DNA of 12,369 nucleotides from a virus (Duplodnaviria; Heunggongvirae; Uroviricota; Caudoviricetes): IMG/VR virus record IMGVR_UViG_2923323785_000002, positions 1 to 12,369 of that record; one strand, 5' to 3'. Shown piece by piece: positions 1 to 7,832 of this stretch (position 1 is its first letter; each line of letters starts with the position of its first letter). The notes under the pieces were generated by a model. It saw only the letters and a program-made list of their open reading frames with translations, ran no database searches and was not told where the DNA came from. The position numbers and the translations under genes were made by a program.

Positions 1-1248
1 ATGGCACTGAATATTCCATTCAGAAATGCGTACTATCGTTTTGCATCCAGTTACTCATTTCTCTTTTTTATTTCCTGGTCGCTGTGGTGGTCGTTATACG
101 CTATTTGGCTGAAAGGACATCTAGGGTTGACAGGGACGGAATTAGGTACACTTTATTCGGTCAACCAGTTTACCAGCATTCTATTTATGATGTTCTACGG
201 CATCGTTCAGGATAAACTCGGTCTGAAGAAACCGCTCATCTGGTGTATGAGTTTCATCCTGGTCTTGACCGGACCGTTTATGATTTACGTTTATGAACCG
301 TTACTGCAAAGCAATTTTTCTGTAGGTCTAATTCTGGGGGCGCTATTTTTTGGCTTGGGGTATCTGGCGGGATGCGGTTTGCTTGATAGCTTCACCGAAA
401 AAATGGCGCGAAATTTTCATTTCGAATATGGAACAGCGCGCGCCTGGGGATCTTTTGGCTATGCTATTGGCGCGTTCTTTGCCGGCATATTTTTTAGTAT
501 CAGTCCCCATATCAACTTCTGGTTGGTCTCGCTATTTGGCGCTGTATTTATGATGATCAACATGCGTTTTAAAGATAAGGATCACCAGTGCGTAGCGGCA
601 GATGCGGGAGGGGTAAAAAAAGAGGATTTTATCGCAGTTTTCAAGGATCGAAACTTCTGGGTTTTCGTCATATTTATTGTGGGGACGTGGTCTTTCTATA
701 ACATTTTTGATCAACAACTTTTTCCTGTCTTTTATTCAGGTTTATTCGAATCACACGATGTAGGAACGCGCCTGTATGGTTATCTCAACTCATTCCAGGT
801 GGTACTCGAAGCGCTGTGCATGGCGATTATTCCTTTCTTTGTGAATCGGGTAGGGCCAAAAAATGCATTACTTATCGGAGTTGTGATTATGGCGTTGCGT
901 ATCCTTTCCTGCGCGCTGTTCGTTAACCCCTGGATTATTTCATTAGTGAAGTTGTTACATGCCATTGAGGTTCCACTTTGTGTCATATCCGTCTTCAAAT
1001 ACAGCGTGGCAAACTTTGATAAGCGCCTGTCGTCGACGATCTTTCTGATTGGTTTTCAAATTGCCAGTTCGCTTGGGATTGTGCTGCTTTCAACGCCGAC
1101 TGGGATACTCTTTGACCACGCAGGCTACCAAACAGTTTTCTTCGCAATTTCGGGTATTGTCTGCCTGATGTTGCTATTTGGCATTTTCTTCTTGAGTAAA
1201 AAACGCGAGCAAATAGTTATGGAAACGCCTGTACCTTCAGCAATATAG
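1..1248 (+). CDS. cscB: LacY-family oligosaccharide:H+ symporter, probable sucrose permease
   Basis: 415-aa ORF starting at the ATG at nt 1. Hydrophobic multi-helix protein with the LacY-family loop motif (GIVQDKLGLKKPL, compare LacY GLLSDKLGLRKYL). Length and location next to argW fit the E. coli csc sucrose cassette. Symbol assigned from recall, not from a search. Confidence 0.75.
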   Translation: MALNIPFRNAYYRFASSYSFLFFISWSLWWSLYAIWLKGHLGLTGTELGTLYSVNQFTSILFMMFYGIVQDKLGLKKPLIWCMSFILVLTGPFMIYVYEPLLQSNFSVGLILGALFFGLGYLAGCGLLDSFTEKMARNFHFEYGTARAWGSFGYAIGAFFAGIFFSISPHINFWLVSLFGAVFMMINMRFKDKDHQCVAADAGGVKKEDFIAVFKDRNFWVFVIFIVGTWSFYNIFDQQLFPVFYSGLFESHDVGTRLYGYLNSFQVVLEALCMAIIPFFVNRVGPKNALLIGVVIMALRILSCALFVNPWIISLVKLLHAIEVPLCVISVFKYSVANFDKRLSSTIFLIGFQIASSLGIVLLSTPTGILFDHAGYQTVFFAISGIVCLMLLFGIFFLSKKREQIVMETPVPSAI

Positions 1249-1257
1249 ACGTAAACT

Positions 1258-1301
1258 TTTTCCGGTTGTTGTCGATAGCTCTATATCCCTCAACCGGAAA
1301 A
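1258..1301. other. Large stem-loop (11-bp stem TTTTCCGGTTG / CAACCGGAAAA, 22-nt loop) 9 nt after the cscB stop
   Basis: Perfect inverted repeat read directly from the sequence. The A/T tracts are part of the stem, so there is no canonical downstream U-tract in either orientation; function unclear. Confidence 0.3.
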
Positions 1302-1689
1302 TAATAATAGTAAAATGCTTAGCCCTGCTAATAATCGCCTAATCCAAACGCCTCATTCATGTTCTGGTACAGTCGCTCAAATGTACTTCAGATGCGCGGT
1401 TCGCTGATTTCCAGGACATTGTCGTCATTCAGTGACCTGTCCCGTGTATCACGGTCCTGCGAATTCATCAAGGAATGCATTGCGGAGTGAAGTATCGAGT
1501 CACGCCATATTTCGCTATCAGGATTCTGTGTGATGGTTACATCGCCCGGCTCAGGGCTGTTTAGTCATCAGCGCTTTCTGACAGTGCTGAGATTTCAACC
1601 TGTTGCAGTAAAAATGAGTAGATATAAGGCAAGTGTGCTGCCAAACCCATCTTTTACGGGGTGAAGGTAGATTTCGTTTGAAGGGTATC

Positions 1690-1704
1690 TGGTGTCCCCT
1701 GCAG
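1690..1704. repeat. attR core: 15-bp direct repeat TGGTGTCCCCTGCAG identical to the 3' end of the tRNA-Arg gene
   Basis: Exact 15/15 match to 11287-11301; identity stops on both sides. Defines the left prophage boundary. Confidence 0.8.
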
Positions 1705-1761
1705 ACATCTACTTGACGAGGCAGGGGATTGATTGGAATGGTGTTTTTTAGATATGAGAAA

Positions 1762-1783
1762 TATTTTACCCGCTATTTTACCC
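1762..1783. promoter_or_regulatory. Two direct copies of TATTTTACCC (putative integrase arm-type sites) at the attR end
   Basis: TATTTTACCC at 1762-1771 and 1774-1783; the same 8-bp core (GGGTAAAA / TTTTACCC) occurs three times at the attL end (11126-11170). Confidence 0.45.
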
Positions 1784-1978
1784 ATTGGCGCGGCTTAAGA
1801 GCTTATTTTTGAATTCACAATGGTCACGATATAACCATCTTGCTCGCCCGTGGATAACTTTGGCTTTAGGCAGGTCTCCGGACTTAATCCGGTCATAGAT
1901 GAAGGTCTTACCAAAGCCAGTATCAGCCATGATGAATTTCAAATCAACCAGTGAATCAGGCTGTAGTTCGTGTTGCAT
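1778..1978 (-). CDS. torI: TorI-like recombination directionality factor (excisionase, AlpA/Xis-type small DNA-binding protein)
   Basis: 66-aa ORF (MQHELQPDSLVDLKFIMADTGFGKTFIYDRIKSGDLPKAKV...) recalled as KplE1 TorI; GGAG Shine-Dalgarno 9 nt upstream of the ATG; sits at the att-proximal end opposite the integrase, as in KplE1. Confidence 0.75.
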   Translation of the reverse strand: MQHELQPDSLVDLKFIMADTGFGKTFIYDRIKSGDLPKAKVIHGRARWLYRDHCEFKNKLLSRANG

Positions 1979-1997
1979 GAGTGCTATCTCCGAATAG

Positions 1998-2013
1998 GGA
2001 ATCGAACCTGCAA
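1998..2013. repeat. 16-bp tRNA-derived fragment (GGAATCGAACCTGCAA, T-arm portion of argW) inside the prophage
   Basis: Exact match to tRNA gene positions 11301-11316, same orientation. Together with the attR core it covers tRNA positions 11287-11316 but is split by 293 bp containing torI. Confidence 0.7.
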
Positions 2014-2023
2014 ATCAGGCAAT

Positions 2024-2046
2024 AAAAAACCGCCATCAGGCGGCTT
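2024..2046 (-). terminator. Rho-independent terminator (minus strand) downstream of the zinc-ribbon ORF
   Basis: Minus-sense reads stem CCGCC, loop TGAT, stem GGCGG, followed by a run of six T. Confidence 0.55.
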
Positions 2047-2109
2047 GGTGTTCTTTCAGTTCTTCAAATCGAATATTGGTTACATTGTTTTCATATATGA
2101 ATAAATAAA

Positions 2110-2289
2110 TTAGCTTTTTCCGTTGCCTTCGCGATCTTTATTAATTTTGACAAACTCGTTTTTACCACGCTCTCCAAATGCGTCTTTAGAGTCGTTGTAT
2201 CCGCAATCGCAGCACACATAATCACCAGACCATCCACGCATTGTTTTTTCTTTTGCAATATTTCCAGAACCGCATTTTGGACAAGACAT
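2110..2289 (-). CDS. Small zinc-ribbon protein (CxxC...CxxC), hypothetical
   Basis: 59-aa ORF from the ATG at 2289 (MSCPKCGSG...YVCCDCGYND...) with GGAGG 7 nt upstream. The ORF-track start at 2322 is a TTG without a Shine-Dalgarno. Terminator follows. Confidence 0.6.
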   Translation of the reverse strand: MSCPKCGSGNIAKEKTMRGWSGDYVCCDCGYNDSKDAFGERGKNEFVKINKDREGNGKS

Positions 2290-2519
2290 ATCACTACCTC
2301 CAAAGCATGAGTGAGATGACAACGTAACATTGATTGGAGATTAACAATAGATTGCTGATGTAAAAGATATGTATAAGCTTCGCTTTCAAAGTGGAGGCTC
2401 TGGTAGCGGCATCCAGTGAGTTACGTCATCCAAGATATTTCCTGATAAATACGTGAAAGCTCTATATTTTTTGTAATCAATTGGATTTACAACCCAGTTC
2501 CAATACCGAAGATGGTTTT

Positions 2520-3260
2520 ATGCGCGTTGCTAACGAGATTACCGACAGTCTGCTGATGGCTGATTTAACCGTCCGGCAGCTGAAGGTGATGCTCGCTATC
2601 ATGCGCAAGACATACGGATTCAATAAGCCGATGGATCGACTCACAAACACGCAGATAGCAGCCATGACAGGTATTCATCACACTCATGTTTGCGCTGCCA
2701 AGCGCCAGCTTATTGAGCGTAAATTCCTCATTGCTGATGGCGTGAAAATCGGAGTGAACAAGGTGGTTTCTCAGTGGATTAGCCAGGACAGCTTAACATT
2801 AGCTAAAACAGCTAATAAAACATTAGCCAAGTCGGCTAATGGGTATAAGCCAAGTCAGCTAAACACAAAAGACAATATACAAAAGACAATAAATACAAAT
2901 ACCCCCTTACCCCCTAACGGGGGCGGCGATGGGCAGGTTAAACCTGAACGTCGCAAGGCAGAACGAATCGACTACGAATCCTTCCTGAACGCTTACAACA
3001 CCGAAGTCGGTGACAGACTGCCACACGCTGTTGCGGTCAACGAGAAACGCAAACGCCGCCTGAAGAAAATCATCCCGCAACTGAAAACGCCAAACGTGGA
3101 CGGTTTCAGAGCGTATGTCAGGGCGTTTGTGCATCAGGCCAAGCCGTTTTACTTCGGAGACAACGACACGGGCTGGACAGCTGATTTTGATTACCTGCTG
3201 AGGGAAGATTCGTTAACGGGAGTTCGGGAAGGGAAGTTTGCAGACAGGGGGATTGCATGA
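2520..3260 (+). CDS. Lambda O-like replication initiator (P22 gene 18 analogue)
   Basis: N-terminal domain matches lambda O by recall ([34 protein letters not shown] vs ADLTKRQFKVLLAILRKTYGWNKPMDRITDSQLS). Stop overlaps the helicase start (ATGA). Start uncertain: ATG 2520, or TTG 2481 as in the ORF track. Confidence 0.8.
   Translation: MRVANEITDSLLMADLTVRQLKVMLAIMRKTYGFNKPMDRLTNTQIAAMTGIHHTHVCAAKRQLIERKFLIADGVKIGVNKVVSQWISQDSLTLAKTANKTLAKSANGYKPSQLNTKDNIQKTINTNTPLPPNGGGDGQVKPERRKAERIDYESFLNAYNTEVGDRLPHAVAVNEKRKRRLKKIIPQLKTPNVDGFRAYVRAFVHQAKPFYFGDNDTGWTADFDYLLREDSLTGVREGKFADRGIA
2799..2923. other. Lambda-type origin of replication inside the O-like gene: three dyad iterons, AT-rich tract, GC palindrome
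   Basis: Iterons TTAGCTaaaacAGCTAA (2799-2815), TTAGCCaagtcGGCTAA (2823-2839), TAAGCCaagtcAGCTAA (2846-2862) at 23-24 bp spacing; A-rich tract 2863-2900; palindrome CCCCCTAACGGGGG (2910-2923). Same architecture as ori-lambda. Confidence 0.6.
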
Positions 3261-5026
3261 AACAGGATATCGAAGCGAGCGTTATCGGTGGCCTGCTGAT
3301 TGGTGGATTAACACCAACTGCCAGTGACGTTCTGGCAACGCTGGAGCCGGAAGCGTTTTCAATTCCGCTCTACCGGAAAGCCTTCGAGGTTATCCGGAAG
3401 CAGGCGAGAAACAGAAACCTAATCGACGCGCTGATGGTTGCCGAGGCGTGCGGAGAGGAGCATTTCACGTCAATCCTGATGACCAGCAAAAACTGCCCGA
3501 GTGCCGCAAACCTGAAGGGATATGCCGGAATGGTCGCGGATAACTATCACCGCCGTCTGGTGCTGGAAATCATGGATGAAATGCGTGAACCAATCCAAAG
3601 CGGAACCATCGACGCATCGAGTCAGGCGATGGATGAACTTGTAAAGCGTCTTTCAGCCATCAGAAATCCCCGTGACGAGGTTAAACCTGTACGGTTAGGG
3701 GAAATCATCACTGACTACACTGACACGCTTGACAGGCGTCTGAGGAACGGAGAAGAGTCAGATACCCTGAAGACCGGAATCGACGAACTTGACGCCATCA
3801 CCGGAGGGATGAACGCAGAAGACCTGGTGATTATCGCCGCTCGTCCTGGTATGGGTAAAACCGAACTGGCGCTGAAGATTGCTGAAGGCGTTGCAAGCCG
3901 TGTTATTCCTGGTTCTGACGTCCGGCGCGGGGTATTGATTTTCTCAATGGAAATGAGCGCATTGCAGATTGCAGAGCGAAGCATTGCCAACGCCGGGAGG
4001 ATGTCGGTTAGCGTACTGCGAAATCCTGCATCGATGGATGACGAAGGCTGGGCGCGTGTTGCTAACGGCATGAGTCAGCTTGCGGATTTGGATGTATGGG
4101 AAACCGGTGTTCTTAAAAAGTTATATGCAGCTATAACAGATGACCAACAGGCTGTCGCAGAAAAATATGGCGCGGGGGAGTTATGGACGCTTGGTAAGGA
4201 GTTGGTAAAAACACGAAAATCCATTGAAGATGATGCCGTAACCGTTTTGGGTAGAAAACTTCAGCAATCAGCAATTCCAAAAGTTGAAAGTGCCGTTGTT
4301 AATATGGCAAAAGGAAACGGTGGTGACTTTAGGCAATTAATGAAGTCAATTCCAAAGGATATGCGGCAGGAAGTTGCGCTCACCTCAATGAATAAAGCAT
4401 TTACCAGCTATGCTAAATCACCAGGTCAGCAATTAGGGGTTGATGGATTTGTAAAATGGTATAACGGAATGTCACGCAATGGGGCCAATATGAAGGCTCT
4501 CCGTGATGCTATTGGCACAGATGCATCAAAGCGCCTTGATACGATTTATCAAGCAGCCAAGGCTATGAATAGACTCAATACTGGTAAGCAGTATGCTAGC
4601 AGCCTTGTGGATCAGCAAGTTAATAACTTTCTGAAGGAAAAGGGTAGTCTAGCAAAAATTTATGGAATAGCCTCAAAAGCTGCTGCTGCGGAAGGTGTTA
4701 CAAGCTTATCTGGTCTTCCTGGTGTAGGTGCAACAGGGGTGATAACGTCCGCATTGATGTCAGGGAAAACAAGCAGGATAAAGGCTGCTGATGCTCTACT
4801 GTCTTCTCCTGAGTTTAAATCAATGCTATTTCGCCTGCAAAACGCACCAGTAGACAGAGCAGAAGTGAGACGCGCAATAGAAAGGAAACTGATGCAATCT
4901 GGGGTATTTAAGAGATGGGAGAAAACCCTATCAACAGATGAAGCAAAAACCATTGCTCGCACTGGGATTATTACATGGTTATCTCAGCAAGATACTACAG
5001 CCAGTGACGGCGACCAAAAGATGTAA
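3257..5026 (+). CDS. Chimeric ORF: DnaB-like helicase N-terminal half (through Walker A) fused to an unrelated ~310-aa C-terminal module
   Basis: Residues 1-~280 show the DnaB N-domain and start of the RecA-like domain ([33 protein letters not shown]). No Walker B or later helicase motifs follow. GC drops from mid-50s% to about 40% near nt 4085-4100 (hand counts on a few 60-nt lines). Confidence 0.75.
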   Translation: MKQDIEASVIGGLLIGGLTPTASDVLATLEPEAFSIPLYRKAFEVIRKQARNRNLIDALMVAEACGEEHFTSILMTSKNCPSAANLKGYAGMVADNYHRRLVLEIMDEMREPIQSGTIDASSQAMDELVKRLSAIRNPRDEVKPVRLGEIITDYTDTLDRRLRNGEESDTLKTGIDELDAITGGMNAEDLVIIAARPGMGKTELALKIAEGVASRVIPGSDVRRGVLIFSMEMSALQIAERSIANAGRMSVSVLRNPASMDDEGWARVANGMSQLADLDVWETGVLKKLYAAITDDQQAVAEKYGAGELWTLGKELVKTRKSIEDDAVTVLGRKLQQSAIPKVESAVVNMAKGNGGDFRQLMKSIPKDMRQEVALTSMNKAFTSYAKSPGQQLGVDGFVKWYNGMSRNGANMKALRDAIGTDASKRLDTIYQAAKAMNRLNTGKQYASSLVDQQVNNFLKEKGSLAKIYGIASKAAAAEGVTSLSGLPGVGATGVITSALMSGKTSRIKAADALLSSPEFKSMLFRLQNAPVDRAEVRRAIERKLMQSGVFKRWEKTLSTDEAKTIARTGIITWLSQQDTTASDGDQKM

Positions 5027-5086
5027 CAAGGAACGAGATAATCCAACCAACCGTTACCATGTTAATCCCCATAAAGCCAAGGATGG

Positions 5087-5293
5087 CTATCTGTCAACTA
5101 AAGGACAATTGCTAATCCCCATGATCCCATTATCCGAGTACCAATAATTTCTGGAGAATTTTCCAGAAGCGCTTAGGTATTTACATTCAATCTTGTTACC
5201 GTCAGTTATTGATGAATATTTAACCCCATAACCAGTAAATGCAGACAAAACAAGTAAAAAGATTGCAAATAACCCAATAGTAAATTTTTTCAT
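5087..5293 (-). CDS. Small secreted or membrane-anchored protein, hypothetical (68 aa, two Cys)
   Basis: N-terminal signal-like segment MKKFTIGLFAIFLLVLSAFTGYG; AAGGA 7 nt upstream of the ATG, overlapping the stop of the upstream ORF; AT-rich. Confidence 0.5.
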   Translation of the reverse strand: MKKFTIGLFAIFLLVLSAFTGYGVKYSSITDGNKIECKYLSASGKFSRNYWYSDNGIMGISNCPLVDR

Positions 5294-5303
5294 ATCAACA
5301 TCC

Positions 5304-5693
5304 TTAGCATTTTCTTTTTACTTTTCCAACAAAAGCTTTGGTTGAATCCATATTCCCATAACCAGAAATGGTTTTCGACATTAAAACTGTTCCATTAGGA
5401 TGTATTACCCATGAGTCGATAACTCGTTGAGTTTCGCCATTCGCGCCGATTCCAATGATGGAGTTTTTAGACAATGCTTTGTAAGCCATGCCACCCGCAT
5501 CCGTCCCAGAATATGTGATGCTGGCATCTTCACCGCTTGTCTTAATGATAAATGTTCCACTAAAACCATCTTCTTCCGGTTGGAAATTATTTCGTTCTGA
5601 ATAGCTTATTCCGCGCATATCTCCAACAACCCAGCATTCTGCTGTAGCCCCAAAAGATATGAATAAGAACATACTGGCAATCAATCGCTTCAC
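5304..5693 (-). CDS. Secreted protein, hypothetical (129 aa)
   Basis: Classic Sec signal peptide MKRLIASMFLFISFGATA with an AxA site; GTG start with GGGAG 6 nt upstream; Cys near both ends of the mature part; AT-rich cargo block. Confidence 0.55.
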   Translation of the reverse strand: MKRLIASMFLFISFGATAECWVVGDMRGISYSERNNFQPEEDGFSGTFIIKTSGEDASITYSGTDAGGMAYKALSKNSIIGIGANGETQRVIDSWVIHPNGTVLMSKTISGYGNMDSTKAFVGKVKRKC

Positions 5694-5718
5694 CCCAATC
5701 TCCCACTAAGGTAACAAT

Positions 5719-5904
5719 ATGACCATAGAAGAACGCCTGAACAACATTGAGTTGAATCAAACCCTGCTTGACCAGCGACTTTCAGATCTTGAGCTTAAAG
5801 ATCTTGATGCGCAAATATCAGAAGCAGAAGCCAAGCTCTCCAGCTTAAACCACCGTAAGAAGCAAATCCGCAACAGAATTACTCAGGTACGCGGAAGCTG
5901 TTGA
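5719..5904 (+). CDS. Hypothetical small coiled-coil-like protein (61 aa)
   Basis: ATG with AAGG 7 nt upstream, but only ~25 bp from the divergent start of ORF 5304-5693 and overlapping the 3' end of ORF 5879-6088; could be spurious in AT-rich DNA. Confidence 0.3.
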   Translation: MTIEERLNNIELNQTLLDQRLSDLELKDLDAQISEAEAKLSSLNHRKKQIRNRITQVRGSC

Positions 5905-6088
5905 GGTGGGATGCTAGGTCTCTATCGTTAAAATCAAGGCTGCTAATCATTTCATTGTAAATGGCGTTTTTATCTTCCATTGGCAGCCTTGAGTAAACCA
6001 GACACAGAGCATATTTCAGGGAGTTTAGCTCTTTCTCTAGCTCTTCCTTGCTTGACGTTTTTGACTTAATAAACTGTTTTTTATTCAT
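5879..6088 (-). CDS. Hypothetical protein (69 aa), translationally coupled to mnt
   Basis: Start ATG overlaps the mnt stop (ATGA); AAGGA 6 nt upstream. Confidence 0.5.
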   Translation of the reverse strand: MNKKQFIKSKTSSKEELEKELNSLKYALCLVYSRLPMEDKNAIYNEMISSLDFNDRDLASHLNSFRVPE

Positions 6089-6336
6089 TTTGCATCCTTA
6101 CCATACATGGTTTTCAGCGTCTCAACATCGTGTTCAAGATCTATCAATCGTGATGCTATAGTTGCAAGGTCTAGTGCTTGAATGTGTTTATTTTTTTCTG
6201 TCCACGCTTCAAGTGCCGCGACCATCTCAGCATTTAATGAACGAGAATTAGCCTCAGCCAGTTCAATAAGACGTTCCTTTATCTCTACAGGAAGCCTCAG
6301 ATTCACTTGAGGGTTTTTGTACTTACGATCAGACAT
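6085..6336 (-). CDS. mnt: Mnt-like ribbon-helix-helix repressor (immI)
   Basis: RHH motif (NLRLPVEIKERLIELAEANSRSLNAEMVAALE) resembling P22 Mnt; divergent from the arc-ant operon; AGGA 7 nt upstream of the ATG at 6336 (GTG at 6342 also in frame). Confidence 0.75.
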   Translation of the reverse strand: MSDRKYKNPQVNLRLPVEIKERLIELAEANSRSLNAEMVAALEAWTEKNKHIQALDLATIASRLIDLEHDVETLKTMYGKDAK

Positions 6337-6382
6337 CGGCACATCCTGAATAATTTTTTACCACAGGATATGTAGGTATCTA

Positions 6383-6411
6383 TTGACTATCAATGCGTAC
6401 CTAAATACTAT
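6383..6411 (+). promoter_or_regulatory. Putative Pant-like promoter (TTGACT, 17 bp, TACTAT) for the arc-ant operon, with an overlapping operator-like palindrome
   Basis: -35 TTGACT 6383-6388, 17-bp spacer, -10 TACTAT 6406-6411; palindrome ATTGActaTCAAT (6382-6394) overlaps the -35; direct repeat ATGCGTACC at 6393-6401 and 6413-6421. Confidence 0.45.
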
Positions 6412-6441
6412 GTATGCGTACCACATACAACGGAGAATGCA

Positions 6442-6582
6442 ATGAAGGTAAAAACACTGCGTATGCCAGAGAAGTTAGAAAAAATCCTTGAAGAGAAAGC
6501 AAAGGAAGAGTGTCGCTCATTTAGCGCAGAAGTAATTAAACGGGTGATGGATAGCCTGAAGAGAGAGGGGATAACGGTATGA
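6442..6582 (+). CDS. arc: Arc-like ribbon-helix-helix repressor (46 aa)
   Basis: Resembles P22 Arc (RSFSAEVIKRVMDSLKREG vs RSVNSEIYQRVMESFKKEG); GGAG 6 nt upstream; below the ORF-track size cutoff, found by manual translation. Confidence 0.75.
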   Translation: MKVKTLRMPEKLEKILEEKAKEECRSFSAEVIKRVMDSLKREGITV

Positions 6583-6821
6583 GCTTTATAACCCTAACTA
6601 AAACAAAGTTTGAAAGCAGAAGGACAAGTGATTGGTGGCGGATTAGATTCGAAAAAAACAAAACGACATACACCATAAGACGCCAAAACATTGAGTTGGT
6701 AGAGGGCGCAGGTGACGATTGTGCGCTTATTACATTAACTTCTGGCAGAAAAATTGAGGTTGACCAGTCAGTAGAGCATGTATCTGGATTTTTACTCGGA
6801 CAAGCCGGACAAAAAAGTTGA
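6579..6821 (+). CDS. Hypothetical protein (80 aa) between arc and ant
   Basis: ATG overlaps the arc stop (ATGA); ends at the intercistronic terminator hairpin; no recognisable motif. Confidence 0.5.
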   Translation: MSFITLTKTKFESRRTSDWWRIRFEKNKTTYTIRRQNIELVEGAGDDCALITLTSGRKIEVDQSVEHVSGFLLGQAGQKS

Positions 6822-6886
6822 AGCCCCAACTGCTGGAACAGTCAGGGCTTCGGTATCGTAAAACCACGCATAGGAATTAACGACAT
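6811..6886 (-). ncRNA. Predicted sar-like antisense RNA covering the ant ribosome-binding site
   Basis: Minus-strand promoter inside the start of ant (-35 TTGATA at 6914-6919, 17-bp spacer, -10 TATACT at 6891-6896) and a minus-strand terminator (stem GAAGCCC/GGGCTTC 6820-6851 then a run of six U from 6811-6816). Predicted ~70-nt transcript, the same layout as P22 sar. Confidence 0.4.
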
Positions 6887-7814
6887 GAAAAGTATAGCAA
6901 CAGCAGTATCTACTATCAATGTACCATTCCACGGCGCAGAGCTTTATGTCGTCAATCACAACGGTGAGCCGTACACCCCAATGAAACCTATCGTTGAGGG
7001 AATGGGTATGGATTGGGCTTCACAGTTTACGAAAATGAAGCAGCGGTTTAAAACCTCCATTGTGAAAATCACAATGCAGCTTCCTGGTGATGAACAGCGC
7101 CGTGAGATTATTTGTTTGGCACTTCGCAAACTTGCAGGTTGGTTGCAAACCATCAGCCCTAACAAAGTCCGCCCTGAAATCCGCGACAATGTAATCCAGT
7201 ATCAAGAAGAGTGTGACGATGTGCTATACGAGTACTGGACTAAAGGCCATGTAGTTAACCCACGCAAAGCTAAAAAAGCGTTGCCGGGTAAAATCACCAC
7301 TGAACAGCAGGAAGCCATTAAACAACTCGTTATGAGTCGCGGTCAGTCTCTGCCAAAAGAAAAACAGGCTAAGGCGATGATCACCATGTGGTCGTCACTA
7401 AAATCCCATTTTGGATGTTCGTACAAAGAAATCAGTGAGGAGCAGTTTACCGAAGCACTATCACTTGCAGCTCGAGTTCCACTTGAAGGTGAGTTCATTG
7501 GCAAACAAGAGAAGAAAACCAACGAGCTTTCTGCAAAAGAAGCAAACAGCCTTGTATGGTTATGGGATTATGCCAACCGTTCGCAGGCATTATTCCGCGA
7601 ACTGTATCCGGCGCTAAAACAAATTCAATCGAACTATTCCGGCAGATGCTACGACTACGGTCATGAGTTCTCGTATGTTATCGGAATGGCGAGAGACGTT
7701 TTAATCAATCACACACGAGATGTTGATATCAATGAGCCAGACGGACCAACGAATCTTTCCGCATGGATGAGACTTAAGAATAAAGAATTACCTCCTTCAG
7801 TACATAACTACTGA
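6885..7814 (+). CDS. ant: Antirepressor Ant (P22 Ant homologue)
   Basis: Extensive recalled identity to P22 Ant ([84 protein letters not shown]). Confidence 0.85.
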   Translation: MKSIATAVSTINVPFHGAELYVVNHNGEPYTPMKPIVEGMGMDWASQFTKMKQRFKTSIVKITMQLPGDEQRREIICLALRKLAGWLQTISPNKVRPEIRDNVIQYQEECDDVLYEYWTKGHVVNPRKAKKALPGKITTEQQEAIKQLVMSRGQSLPKEKQAKAMITMWSSLKSHFGCSYKEISEEQFTEALSLAARVPLEGEFIGKQEKKTNELSAKEANSLVWLWDYANRSQALFRELYPALKQIQSNYSGRCYDYGHEFSYVIGMARDVLINHTRDVDINEPDGPTNLSAWMRLKNKELPPSVHNY

Positions 7815-7832
7815 CAGATAACCAACGCAACG

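Noticed and set aside
350..998. ORFs 350-553 (+), 532-717 (-), 780-998 (-) inside the cscB region
   Set aside because: They lie inside or antisense to the well-supported permease ORF and have no ribosome-binding sites or recognisable features; shadow ORFs.
1981..2013. Possibility that the T-arm-like fragment is an independent tRNA gene or pseudo-tRNA
   Set aside because: Only 16 nt match; flanking sequence cannot form an acceptor stem or cloverleaf. It is a fragment, not a gene.
2091..2330. 79-aa minus-strand ORF in another frame over the zinc-ribbon gene
   Set aside because: Overlaps the zinc-ribbon ORF, which has a CxxC...CxxC motif and a GGAGG Shine-Dalgarno; the alternative frame has neither.
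2477..3134. Minus-strand ORFs 2477-2665 and 2907-3134 antisense to the O-like gene
   Set aside because: Antisense to a gene with clear homology; no independent support.
3715..5147. ORFs 3715-4071 (-), 4660-4962 (-), 4938-5147 (+) overlapping the helicase-fusion ORF
   Set aside because: Antisense or overlapping shadow ORFs with low-complexity, Ser/Ala/Pro/Arg-rich translations.
6536..7617. ORFs 6536-6829 (-), 6956-7189 (-), 7020-7205 (-), 7411-7617 (+) in the arc/ant region
   Set aside because: Overlap arc, ORF80 or the strongly supported ant gene; no motifs or ribosome-binding sites.
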